Positions 12,001 to 17,465 of a DNA stretch of 28,232 nucleotides are shown here, one piece after another. Location of the stretch: the IMG/VR virus record IMGVR_UViG_3300038674_000278, positions 1-28,232 of that record, one strand, 5' to 3'. Every line of letters starts with the position of its first letter. Positions within the stretch are counted from its first letter, which is position 1. The position numbers and the translations under genes are program-made. Under the pieces are notes generated by a model. It was not told the DNA's origin and searched no databases. It worked only from the letters and a program-made list of their open reading frames with translations. This DNA is from a virus. Its lineage: Duplodnaviria > Caudoviricetes.

Positions 12001-15000
12001 CCTGGAAGAAGGTGAGCGAAGCAGGTGAGATCATTAACAAGCTTATCACCGAAGGCAAGAAGTTTCACCTTGAAGGTTTTGGTGTGAAAGCCCGCGTACA
12101 ACTTGGTGCCGGTCAGGACATGTTCGGCCAAAACACGTTGGTCCTTGACAATCAGACCGGATGGAACAAAGGTATCTTGTATCAAGTATCAATGTCTGGG
12201 GACTCTACCGCAGATGGCGTAGCCTTTAGGCGACTTTTGAAGAAAGTGCTTGATAACCATGATGTCTACGCCAAGAAGATGGATGACTATAACCATAAAC
12301 TTCAGGGCAAAGACACATTGGGGCAGTTTGAGTTCTCAAAGCAAGAGCAACTTGAAAAAGCTTTGCAGCGGCAAAAGGAACTCAACGCCGAATATCGTAA
12401 ACTTAGTGAAGGCGAAGATACGAAAGCGCCAGAAGCTCAACCCGATTCTGACCGTATGGCCAGCAGAGGAACGCGCCGTAAGAGTGCACGGGAAATGATG
12501 GCTAACCTTTCTAAGGCTGAGGCTTTCATCGAACAGCCATTTGACAAAAACACCAAAGGCCGATTTTATGTTGACTTGCCAGCCGAAACAGAGCAGAAGA
12601 TCAGAAAAGCAACAGGTACGAGTTACGTGAGCCATAGCATTGTTGCAGATAACATCAGGCATGCAAACAACAATCACGGTGTGGACGGAAAAAAGCTCAC
12701 AACAAAGAGCATCCCGTTAACTCACGAGGACTTCAAACTGATACCTTATATCATCACAGCACCTGACCGTGTGATAAAAGGCAGTGTAGACAATAATGGC
12801 CGTGAGTCGATACGGTTTGTAAAGTACCTATCTAATGGTTTGGTGATTGTCGTAGAGAAGGAGCATATAAAACGCCCAAGCGAAATGGAAACCATCACAG
12901 CCTGGGCAGATATGTCATCCGAGGTCTTAGATGCCCGTTCAGAAGGAACGTCCCCTGAGCTCAACGTCCGAAACGTCATCCTCGGCAGTGACGCTGCAAA
13001 GATACGAAAAGATGCAGAGAACGCTGTCAATAAAGACGAAAAAGACCGCTTGATGCAGATTGAGACTATACAGCGTGCGGCAAGACGTGCCGGTGATATG
13101 CTGGGCGGTACTGAGGTGAACTTTGCTGACGCGGATAGCCATAAAGATGCAGACGCAGACATGCGCCGCAAACGCGGTGATAAGGGTTTCTACGATCCCA
13201 AAACTGGAGAAGTAGCGTTATTCCCTGAGAATATCGTAGACGAGGTAGACGCAGCCCGGACCGTATTCCATGAGAAGGCCGGCCACGAGGGTTTGAAAGC
13301 TCTGTTGGGTTCGCAGCAAGAAGTAGACAAGTTTGGCCAGTTCATCTTTGAGAATGCAGGCAAGAAATTGCGCGCGCGTATCATTAAGCGCGCAGACGCA
13401 GAAGAATATGGCTGGGACGATGCGTTGAGATTTAGCAAGGCCGCCCAAGAGGAATTTGCCGACATCGCTTCGGAAGGCCCGGCCACCCAAGAAGAGTTCT
13501 CTTTGTGGCGCAAGATTAAACACTATCTTATCAAGGCACTTAAAAAGCTTGGCATCAGGATACCCGGTATTCTGAATGATCAAGATTTGCGCTACTATAC
13601 CATCAAGACCGCTGAGGCATTGAAAAACCCCACAGCAGTTGTAAGCGGCGAGCGAGAGCACTACGAAGGCGCAGACCGTATGGCCAGCCGTGGCAAGCCA
13701 CGCCAGCGCAAAGGCGAAACCATGAGCCAGTATATCGAACGTCTAAAAGAGTGGGAGAAATGGAAGCGAGCAGAAGAGGCCAGCCGGGCCAACGATGACC
13801 CCATGCCCGAGAAGGCTGACTATGATGCCAAGGCAGAAGAAGATTTTGCCCGCGCGCTATCTGAATGGAAGGCGCAAAACGGTATCTCAGCCGAAGAGTC
13901 GGAGTTAGGCCCCTTCCCCAAGCGTGCAGATGGTGAGAGTCCACAGGAATACGCCGTGCGTGTAGCTGACTGGGAGACACGTAAAGATGCTTGGCAAGGT
14001 GCACCTAACTACTTCGACTATATGCAGGCTGCCCAGGATCAGTATAGGGATGACTATACCGCATGGAAAACAAGATACGACCTGAACGAGGAAGCCCAAG
14101 TAGACATGAGCTTCTATGAGGGCCGTGGCAGTGAACCGCAGACAGAAGAAGAGGCAGCTGAACAGGCAGACCTGGAGCGTAGGGTTGACAGGGACCTCGG
14201 CGTAGCAGTTGGCATAGACCTGACACCGGAAGGCGCAAGACGCAAGGCCAAGTTGGCCGTTATCGAACGTCGTAAGAACCTGGAGAGTGCCAGCGCAGAG
14301 GATGCTATCTTTATACATGACATAGGAAAGGAGATCAGCAATGTTGCTAAGTCTCTTGGTATGAAAGATAAAGATTTGCGCAGCCAACTCATAGATGTGA
14401 TTGAAAATCCATTGCAGCAGCTTGAAGGAGAAATCGACATGGACCACTGGGTAGAAGTGCTTAACCGCTCTTTTGCATTCAATGATGCTCATACCTATAT
14501 CACTCCTGAAAGCGTGCAGTCTGCATACGACGAATTGCAGGATTTTTATAGCATCATTCTGAAAAACGGTGTTCGTCCCGAAAATGCTGAACAGCGCAAA
14601 GAAATCTTTGACGCTGCCGTGAAACTTGCTCACCGTCTTGGGCTATATTATGAAGGCGTAGATGACTACAATAGGCCTTTTAGCGACACCATATTACGAG
14701 TGACAAAATGGATGGGCAAACTGGCCGAGGCACAGTTGATGGCCAATCGTGCGCATACCCTTAGTGATAACCCGGAAGTACAGGGGTTGGTAAGCAAGAT
14801 CCATGACTGGTATGACGAGTTCTTCCACCTGATCGAAGATGCAGGATTTAGAGGTGACGCCGGTTATATCAGCGAAGGATATGTAAACCATATCTGGAGC
14901 AAGGAGAAGAGCGACCCCGAAGCCTACGAGCGATATGTGGAGAACTATCAACGCACCAAGAGCCCCAACATGCGTAAACGTGAGATAGCCACCTACGTTG

Positions 15001-17384
15001 ACGGTATATCAGTGGGTCTTGTTCCTAAGTATGACGATATTCTTAGCATCATGGCCTATTACAGCCGAAGCAACAATGAAGCTATCGCCAACAAAAAGTT
15101 CTTAGATGATCTGAGTTTTCTTTGCGTCGAGGAGCGAAATAAAGATGGCGAGGTTGTCAATGCGTTGCCGTTGCTTAGCAGCGTGCATCCTTCTGTCTTC
15201 AACCGGGAACGGTATGTTATGTATCATGTTCCTGGAGTAGGCGACGTTTGGGTGTTGAAAGACGTGCAGAGAAGGTTTTCAAGCATATTTGGCACCATGC
15301 GCACGCAGGACGTACCCGACTGGCTGAGCAAGGTGGGTAAGGCATACGATACAGGCGGCAGCGTGATGAAGAAGATCCAGCTTAGCTTCTCTGGTTTCCA
15401 TGCGGGAGCATTGACCGAAGTAGCAATTGCGCAGATGAGACCAGACCGAGGAATGAAGGCTTTAATGCAATACGTCATTCTTGATAGCATTAAGACTGGA
15501 ACCCTACCCGCCTACGCCCATCCAGATGATTTCAGAGAGGCCGCAAAGCATCTGGTACAACTTGGAGCCACACAAGACTACGCCGCAGCCGACGTGAACA
15601 ACATCACGGAGAAGTTTAGGGACTATGCCAAGTCACTGAGCAAAGACGAGAACTTTGTGAAAGCAACTGCCGGAAAAGGTGCATTACCTTTAGCCGTGGT
15701 GTTAGACTATATGAATAAGGGCATGGATAAAATGTTGTGGAACTACCTTCATGACGGCCTGAAGCTTGCTTGCTTCAAGATGTTTAAAGAGCACATTGAA
15801 GACCGTGTCCGGAAACAAGGTCTCAGTGATAGCCAGCGTGAGCAGCTACTTGATGAGGCCGGCCAATATGTCAACGATACATTTGGCGGTCAATACTGGG
15901 AATTGCTAAACGTGAGCCCGGCTGCACTCAAATGGATGAGGCGCGCCCTTCTGTCACCGGACTGGCTTATATCTACGCAACGTCACTTTTTGAGTATGTT
16001 TGGTTTTGGCAGCCTGTACAGTGAAGGAGGTTTCAGAACCTGGCTCCAATACAATGTAGACAACACGAAGCGAGCTTTCGGTGCTGATATACCAAGAGAC
16101 GAAAACAGAAGGTTGCGCAGCGAGTATGCCAAGAAATGCTATATTCTTGGTGTGTGCCTTTTCTTCTATACACTGATGAATGGTCTCAACGCTGCTTTCC
16201 GTGCCAAGGACGAGGCCGATGAAAAGGCCAAGGCCGACGAGATAAGGAATACGCAGCCGGACTATATGAGCCCATACGAGTTAGCTTATCCCGAAGGTAT
16301 GAAATGGTATGACTATACCATGTTAGGTAACGGGTTAGGCCAGCAGACACACCTATTCGTAGGCCGGTATAAAGACGGTTCTGAGACCTACGTAAGATGG
16401 GGTAAGCAGTTCCGCGAATTTCCCGAAATGTTTATCGGACGCAAAGGCTTAGAGTTCCCTGCCCCTATGATTGAGCGAATGATGGGCAAATCAAATCCTA
16501 TGATCAGCCTTGTTAGAGATAATTTAGGTGCGCTTGGTGTATGGGGGTATGACAACAGCAGTGATATAGCCGAGATCCAGGCCAAGTATGGCAAAACTAT
16601 CGGCGTGCTTGCTGCGAACGCAAAACACTTCTTGCCATTCTCTTTGCCGACGCAAGCCGACAAAGAGTTTAAGATGGTCGACCTGGTGATGCCGAGCCAG
16701 AAAGGCTTCAGCCGATATAAAACCGTCGACTATTTTAAAGACTTCATTAAAAGTGGCGACTCCCTTGGTGTGGCCAGGACGTATCGTGCCGCCGTTATGA
16801 ACGGCATCGACGCTGAGGCCTGCCTGAAGGCAGCCATCAGCACGCTGAAGGCTGAGCAACGCGAAGAGTTGCTGGACGGCATAACGGACCTGTCGAGTGC
16901 CTATGAGGCTTATGACAAAGCCACTACCCTAACGGAAAAGAAGCACCTAAAAAACAAGCTGCACAAATATCTAGCTGAGAGCAACTACAAACAGTTCACC
17001 CGTGAAGATGCCCTGCAGATGATAGAGGACTACCAGAATGGTGACGATGTGCCCGAGAAGGAAAGCGATCTTTACCTTATGCGGACGACGGCCGAGGACA
17101 TCAGGGATGATTATCGGTTGAGCGCTATAGGCAAGCAGGCCAAGAAGTATGTGAAGAACATCAAGGAAATCCGTGAATCGGGCGACGAGGGACGTGCAAG
17201 GCAACTTTCCGAGCGGTATCAATCCTGGATCATCATAGACCGGTTGATCAATGCAGAGCACCGTCAGACACAGCGGCTGAAAAAACAGTTCGGCAAAGGC
17301 AATGACGCAGCAATTATGCAGCAGCTGAGACAGCTGAGACAGCAAACCCAGCATGAGGTGGCCGCCGTAGAGCCACCAAGGTAG
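3..17384 (+). CDS. Giant polyvalent DarB-like protein (>5,790 aa; 5' end outside the window), probable internal/ejected virion protein
   Basis: The frame is open from position 3 (GAC GGT TTT GAT AAG CTG TTG), so TTG at 21 is probably not the true start. Methyltransferase motifs MLDPSMGTG (7863) and NIPF (8064). Helicase motifs GAGKT (9981), DECQ (10473) and QRNGR (11484). HEKAGH at 13269. The MTase+SF2 core matches the P1 DarB architecture. Confidence 0.9.
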   Translation, partial: DGFDKLLTIGGHEATKFIADAWEWYGAGKVGGAITSGVRNKAIKGLATDLVERGIQADVAKGIAQRVFEQQARSIGTKAALASVGGAGTLGAQAAFSSGLRTATSHVGDVIASQQQREAEGEKLSAEDKQKEIAAADKERHSITNILTTAATSGLSGAGMGATFGLGSYVGSKLGKLASNYMGDVSSWAVEQAGRLTTNSAAAVAYDRAAGTITGQEPEESAADSFASNLVTFGLLDLIGAGKSTLFNSLRTGKGFHPIADYRAWKEHERRTGITEEDQQRMEDAGYGDMLDTVNSLVSERFRRGSTDVPAEWKPTDDAKASRVNDGMIKMLGDDRLPEELKRKYYELVTGDTGKKLSPIVATEVTEDEEGNSYLVTYNKNGGVVSDRKYRNANEAAKAQTAIGHEVDENMTSALQDGVLAKNADALLESAYQRAAEAYKNSEGNISDTDKVMLALYQHREPLANAIKAQASGEPLTAADQSLLDMYLRVKDSIYSHDPVLNDIRHTTEDAFGLGRNGLSDARKGHDRKAAEDMAKEAGEEVVHVGGDVYRTASEQAAVEDYRQRLWDYLNDVRDGEATEVREPKLLEVNAQAPEEAPATPATPGPTGGSGAPEGIQEGGEGASTPGTGSQPAGRRAQAYDRGKRVSEDEASLEQMQYETDLAKRRFTQAFPDGNNSAAKQASAIYSLVNAGEFDKAEELYNSQKDSFAPAQQSAVESLIDAASMQDGIEDSITEQSMEYQQQRMQELSAVADEQGNITPIVLDEGRTVFYKAGDLNNVYGGIIITNENGQQEQVPVRSVKQVGETQRAADMVSAETDQFANDLRSRYDDMRDGRVVVPGQQLTISFGNQTFNVTVDHEQADGSIVLTSEDGSPIALTPNDIATGVANARSQRIEQALAEDNLAMQQKALVDRFNNGIVGLKEGKPDFSAKESDPKVVAEYYHTYGDSFNLYEITNTISNLKAREDQARRELDRQSTWMELNGDNYAPEVKAQKEQIIAEARKTIADAESRRRKWGEIRNAYMTEEQRKAFQAERTANVNKAKDKVKSSPLSSIAVDGISDKDLLDNNATQNDASTYLDDRAREIIKDFDESTGSEMSNLRRQLSDYVSGYTEYSESELTDIMKQLREAEAKEVQVQDQVRQIRNRAKRLPLIYAERNKEALESMSAAERRRAIISRAKGYDALVKAADEAYKDSDMYGRLHDTEPETIEEYVASSLPYGQLNFEGTKMARGTMSNGLQQETGLSRGIGRGFDSNGINKYLAPKGKGISVAQMAEKIWGDRPSLFENYTDADIRNIILELLGSAQKATDISHMILLHRIAEVEAYERAREEAERAEIEEEAARRQADLLTYQDYLDNTAEDITLTEEISDYIAGVIADELYEREQQRLTYMDALSQLLSEDEELINSYTNGEEGLGAPGSGTEMDQESGRRSVQEGTGEGQALVPGKEAGQPDFSGTYHAEGTRDWTAGGESKDRHSDADGSVHLDGRTQGLKRDRQEVDLHPTEAQKEAGNYKKGHIKIDSYDVTIENPKGSTRTGKDANGEEWSVPMNYDYGYIRGTKGVDGDHIDVYLSDEPTSGNVYVVDQIDQQTGEFDEHKVMYGFPSMEAAREAYASQYKDGWKIGTITEVSRWEFKKWVDSSTRKTKPFSEYKSVKAEPRHDMTGNGTEGAKTDYQGNPLNEDGSLKVEKLLSVDEITDEDLSKPTRSVELPTLPKNVDKAIGANGKPVIIKKNIFEKNWMHHKFPFEESRTILKSALYNTDLVGQTQPSKKPMHWVAIKLDDKSPIVILEVNEGKDNTEIVDWYTLDARNLERIKRQAVKNGGELVILSSKDKVGSLSTPLTNLSSVGKDTKENVDLQENKDNSYETNRNVLQQPRHDMTGDGTHEEEQEDVITHTPVGQPLRKATQEDLETSSRVWYDGKFHRIMLLIHSGEQVNAISFSKPEITSVIFQDGAEVSGNSINDLYVVDEKREEPSEQAPVDLSILGPITTKTIKNGETRWMVKPTERVDHDVYLKYNDWAKKFGGFYASKFKGYLFKTEDDARSFKRQTPSKAEVEKEPVADVKPKQDATDTLLDVVDQRKGQGEEQPQPYYDYDREDDVTSKVLAELRDVLAKGNGIPNIKAIESQIRDLKKRVKVVEDGLSIASGDTVVKGFETLATLNGRLNAYEQFLGELRTRMKETERDDALAAHGLQLGDKVKYYDEEGTIVDADERQVRLDTGHAPVLYVVADWDKIELPKAKQEKPEDATDALLDEVAKRKGQTKEGAKKAGGNLEPTSKSTIFEGQENQLENYGSNDTAAAGSPEGTSQQNRPLGGILPNGDRVLESPSTSGNNGGETSGEGTGMPGLAQREPGVLPGFGSDGTASVGSDGRSEGEPVGTGRRRSVGNGKSQTGRRTNRRTTAGSGVAEGGGSVPNEGGQPGSERDHREGNHGSRTSASRTRVPGEPSTVGTPSRPVDSDTRLDNGTKKDANERNTPLNTRNYLYPENGADIDNMSESERLKANVEALEILVKLIRERRVATEEERAIIGMFRGWGGIDIKSYHNAEQLKDATRWSSRLGASPSDDYKRRLGEVILSLDPDGKKDLFSSIKQAALTSYYTPLPIAAAINHFLDASGYHGGGTMLDPSMGTGVFEGTMPKDMQQRTRIYGIELDWLTAQLAKQLYPDANIQNVGYQDAQLAKGSFDVVESNIPFGAFKVYDSSWRHDSSPAKKAAQGKIHTYFALKMMESAKPGGLVTIMTSNSIMDTKGNAIIRNELLDQAEFLGALRLPDNTFKGAGTRVVTDVIFLRKYKDESDRETTMRNEDYQARTKQFTTITTVKAQNSQGNRELDVPVNAYFKEHPEMMLGKVVAGGQYREDDFGLVSDENAQELANKMIANIDNYIVGDRKGRLYDTHKTERQIYQAIREAYVGNGDYANSGNIVEQNGKIGVLSKNGNSSELIFEEDPNLNKNAARIRLMIPIRTAMKKLIAAQINRESDDTIAGYRKELNDAYRAFVDKFDILNAKANNFIDSDIDSYQIKSLEDYDPVTKKVKRLADIFTKDTIKPQLDITKINDPVGAITTSLAEYGDIRPSFMEKALGEDWANLCGSALFQVPFSENYVVSEDYLSGDVKSKLIDAKRAAEADPKYKVNVEALEKVQPRDIPINDINIRMGARWVPDKVYNDFMRYAFGIPERYNANSGIRYVPEADDYVINVDNVELSGEADKWRTDRKSVREIFEAAMKDKSLQVFDRVDSGTQVLLNREETQLANDKVQELRETFETWVASDPERGADLEKLYNEKFNRTVPRKWNGDFLNPVGLQGKTLRPHQKAAVWMLMNNQGGIVDHIVGAGKTLVMQSAIMEMRRTGIAKKPMILALKATVGQIAKEFSEAYPAARLLAPTEKDFSEKNRKKLLAKIANNDYDCVIISHEQYVKLPHTEEVESMTFREQFDQLEVAILLLRQSNDTSQLTKRQLKGLQKRKANLEANLKKISDRAVDPEFTFENLGIDYIFVDECQMFKSLPYATTYNQVAGLGNPTGSEKAVALLNGIRYLQQLHQGDRGTVFLSGTTITNSLVEVYNLLNYLRPNMMKKLGYTTFDAWAAQYAVRTSELEYGVSNQLKEKNRFRYFQNVAELGKLYSEIADVRNDANLKLPKPEPRTHLVAIEPSDKLSEINSQITHMIQAKDASYFPDVKQSDDPKKTPWSLMASTLSTKASVSPRLIFPDLPDEEHGKIAVACKNVIDIYKKFDKEKGTQLIFCDTGVAAAGKPYDAYSDIINRLVEAGIPRKEIVDIHVANTDDKRKALFKKVLEGSVRVLIGGTKNMGTGVNVQTRLVALHHIDIPWQPADVEQRNGRGVRQGNELAKNSNDNKVELFYYAVKGSLDMYRYQLQDIKGKMFTQFKLNTIDSDSAREFDEGEIDADGNIDPAQMVAILSGNPVIFEKSKQDKLVKKLMRQQSAELSDWQRRKRNYEHYETRKSEMSVFIEKNNADIKKIKENGFVEDDKGQYPSSYKIVMDDGTTLPWKKVSEAGEIINKLITEGKKFHLEGFGVKARVQLGAGQDMFGQNTLVLDNQTGWNKGILYQVSMSGDSTADGVAFRRLLKKVLDNHDVYAKKMDDYNHKLQGKDTLGQFEFSKQEQLEKALQRQKELNAEYRKLSEGEDTKAPEAQPDSDRMASRGTRRKSAREMMANLSKAEAFIEQPFDKNTKGRFYVDLPAETEQKIRKATGTSYVSHSIVADNIRHANNNHGVDGKKLTTKSIPLTHEDFKLIPYIITAPDRVIKGSVDNNGRESIRFVKYLSNGLVIVVEKEHIKRPSEMETITAWADMSSEVLDARSEGTSPELNVRNVILGSDAAKIRKDAENAVNKDEKDRLMQIETIQRAARRAGDMLGGTEVNFADADSHKDADADMRRKRGDKGFYDPKTGEVALFPENIVDEVDAARTVFHEKAGHEGLKALLGSQQEVDKFGQFIFENAGKKLRARIIKRADAEEYGWDDALRFSKAAQEEFADIASEGPATQEEFSLWRKIKHYLIKALKKLGIRIPGILNDQDLRYYTIKTAEALKNPTAVVSGEREHYEGADRMASRGKPRQRKGETMSQYIERLKEWEKWKRAEEASRANDDPMPEKADYDAKAEEDFARALSEWKAQNGISAEESELGPFPKRADGESPQEYAVRVADWETRKDAWQGAPNYFDYMQAAQDQYRDDYTAWKTRYDLNEEAQVDMSFYEGRGSEPQTEEEAAEQADLERRVDRDLGVAVGIDLTPEGARRKAKLAVIERRKNLESASAEDAIFIHDIGKEISNVAKSLGMKDKDLRSQLIDVIENPLQQLEGEIDMDHWVEVLNRSFAFNDAHTYITPESVQSAYDELQDFYSIILKNGVRPENAEQRKEIFDAAVKLAHRLGLYYEGVDDYNRPFSDTILRVTKWMGKLAEAQLMANRAHTLSDNPEVQGLVSKIHDWYDEFFHLIEDAGFRGDAGYISEGYVNHIWSKEKSDPEAYERYVENYQRTKSPNMRKREIATYVDGISVGLVPKYDDILSIMAYYSRSNNEAIANKKFLDDLSFLCVEERNKDGEVVNALPLLSSVHPSVFNRERYVMYHVPGVGDVWVLKDVQRRFSSIFGTMRTQDVPDWLSKVGKAYDTGGSVMKKIQLSFSGFHAGALTEVAIAQMRPDRGMKALMQYVILDSIKTGTLPAYAHPDDFREAAKHLVQLGATQDYAAADVNNITEKFRDYAKSLSKDENFVKATAGKGALPLAVVLDYMNKGMDKMLWNYLHDGLKLACFKMFKEHIEDRVRKQGLSDSQREQLLDEAGQYVNDTFGGQYWELLNVSPAALKWMRRALLSPDWLISTQRHFLSMFGFGSLYSEGGFRTWLQYNVDNTKRAFGADIPRDENRRLRSEYAKKCYILGVCLFFYTLMNGLNAAFRAKDEADEKAKADEIRNTQPDYMSPYELAYPEGMKWYDYTMLGNGLGQQTHLFVGRYKDGSETYVRWGKQFREFPEMFIGRKGLEFPAPMIERMMGKSNPMISLVRDNLGALGVWGYDNSSDIAEIQAKYGKTIGVLAANAKHFLPFSLPTQADKEFKMVDLVMPSQKGFSRYKTVDYFKDFIKSGDSLGVARTYRAAVMNGIDAEACLKAAISTLKAEQREELLDGITDLSSAYEAYDKATTLTEKKHLKNKLHKYLAESNYKQFTREDALQMIEDYQNGDDVPEKESDLYLMRTTAEDIRDDYRLSAIGKQAKKYVKNIKEIRESGDEGRARQLSERYQSWIIIDRLINAEHRQTQRLKKQFGKGNDAAIMQQLRQLRQQTQHEVAAVEPPR
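4231..4479 (+). CDS. Putative overprinted 82-aa gene (+1 frame inside the giant ORF)
   Basis: AT-rich leader (AACTAATTAATAGCTACACAA-ATG). The product looks helical, while the host frame over the same interval is G/S/E-rich and disordered. Confidence 0.5.
   Translation: MEKKDLERLDRAQKWIKSLDAEAFKKELAKAKRLCQEKKLVSPISVERIMQRVPEIGQQAANLRIAILMLTEAYIWMEEHKD
4500..4965 (+). other. Inorganic-pyrophosphatase-like domain within the giant protein
   Basis: PTEAQKEAGNYKKGH...IENPKGS.R...YGYIRGTKGVDGDHIDVY...DEHKVMYGF. The YG...DGD.ID and D.K motifs are typical of the PPase-fold domain found in phage polyvalent proteins. Confidence 0.8.
4969..5000 (+). repeat. 32-bp direct repeat, copy 1 (with internal hairpin)
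   Basis: AGCCCCGCCATGATATGACGGGGAACGGAACC, 31/32 identical to 5620-5651. Confidence 0.95.
5010..5480 (+). other. Predicted PBECR (Barnase/EndoU/ColicinE5/D/RelE-like) RNase module 1
   Basis: VIIKKNIFEKNWMHH...ILKSALYNTDLV...beta-rich IVILEV...EIVDWY pattern. AT-richer than its flanks and bounded by 32-bp direct repeats. Assigned by resemblance only. Confidence 0.55.
5542..5574 (-). promoter_or_regulatory. Antisense sigma-A promoter behind RNase module 1
   Basis: The minus strand reads CTTG-N20-TATCTTTGC, with TTTCGTATCTTTGC at 5555-5542. Confidence 0.6.
5620..5651 (+). repeat. 32-bp direct repeat, copy 2
   Basis: AGCCCCGCCATGATATGACGGGGGACGGAACC. Confidence 0.95.
6199..6782 (+). repeat. 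Degenerate ~50-bp direct repeats (6199-6248 and 6733-6782) encoding DATDxLLDxVxxRKGQ
   Basis: QDATDTLLDVVDQRKGQ versus EDATDALLDEVAKRKGQ. Confidence 0.8.
6815..6846 (+). promoter_or_regulatory. Internal Bacteroidota sigma-A promoter upstream of the nested ORF at 6874
   Basis: TTTG (6815-6818), a 20-nt spacer, then TATATTTG (6839-6846): matches the -33/-7 consensus. Confidence 0.7.
6874..7368 (+). CDS. Putative overprinted 164-aa acidic protein (+1 frame inside the giant ORF)
   Basis: Has its own consensus promoter and an A-rich leader. The sequence is E/D/L-rich and protein-like, while the host frame is low-complexity G/S/R/T across the same span. Confidence 0.68.
   Translation: MAAMTQQQLEALKEQASKIGRWAEYYLTEIEYWNPLQLPEITEEKLREKEQECRDWLSENQAYYPDSGATEQLRSDLTEEVKANPWALDDDVASEMESHRLDGAPIEELLQDLELQKEEGVYPMREDNLDLNEIIEKAITGQELLPAEREYLENHLPSELLRGL
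7430..8620 (+). other. N6-adenine DNA methyltransferase domain (DarB-like)
   Basis: RLKANVEAL...FRGWGG, YYTP, motif I LDPSMGTG, GIELD, motif IV SNIPFG, LRLPDNTF...VVTDVIFLRK. Confidence 0.9.
9900..11640 (+). other. SNF2-like superfamily 2 helicase/ATPase domains
   Basis: LRPHQ, HIVGAGKT, VDECQ (DExH variant), SGTTITNS, QLIFCD, GTGVNVQ, EQRNGRGVRQGN. Confidence 0.92.
12540..12915 (+). other. Predicted PBECR-type RNase module 2
   Basis: HSIVADNIRHANNNHG...DFKLIPYIITAPDRV...IRFVK...VIVVE...ITAW. The H..N.HG, PD and terminal (I)TAW pattern is characteristic of PBECR/MuF-C-like toxin domains. Assigned by resemblance only. Confidence 0.65.
12914..12992 (-). ncRNA. Candidate ~80-nt structured antisense small RNA
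   Basis: Begins a few nt downstream of the -7 box. The ends can pair (GTCA/TGAC, CCGAGG/CCTCGG) and enclose two hairpins (CGTTC-AGAAG-GAACG; ACGT-CCGAA-ACGT). Confidence 0.4.
12996..13009 (-). promoter_or_regulatory. Antisense sigma-A -7 element behind RNase module 2
   Basis: Minus strand TTTCGTATCTTTGC, identical to 5542-5555. The -33 box is less clear. Confidence 0.55.
13070..13620 (+). other. Zincin-like metallopeptidase (MPTase) domain
   Basis: KGFYDPKTGEVALF...RTVFHEKAGHEGL...AQEEFADIA: HExxxH plus a downstream EE, as in polyvalent-protein peptidases. Confidence 0.75.
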
Positions 17385-17393
17385 GGATACAGA

Positions 17394-17425
17394 AAAGGGG
17401 ACTGGCCTCACGGCTGGTCCCCTTT
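17394..17425. terminator. Probable bidirectional intrinsic terminator
   Basis: AAAGGGGACTGGCC-TCAC-GGCTGGTCCCCTTT hairpin between two convergent genes. Confidence 0.85.
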
Positions 17426-17465
17426 GAAATCCTCTAAATTATATGAAAAAAAAGAATGTTATCAG

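Larger units (their letters stand above)
12450..13688 (+). repeat. 15-bp direct repeats GACCGTATGGCCAGC (12450-12464 and 13674-13688), peptide DRMASRG
   Basis: Exact 15-mer match flanking RNase module 2 and the peptidase domain. Confidence 0.8.

Noticed and set aside
12914-12992. tRNA, tmRNA fragment or hammerhead ribozyme
   Set aside because: It lacks the GTTCRA T-loop and CCA end, and the hammerhead CTGAnGA core is absent; kept only as an unclassified RNA candidate.
561-16859. Numerous minus-strand ORFs opposite the giant gene (e.g. 8667-9413, 10845-11510, 13905-14633)
   Set aside because: These look like shadow ORFs caused by codon bias of the real gene; they show no motifs or expression signals.
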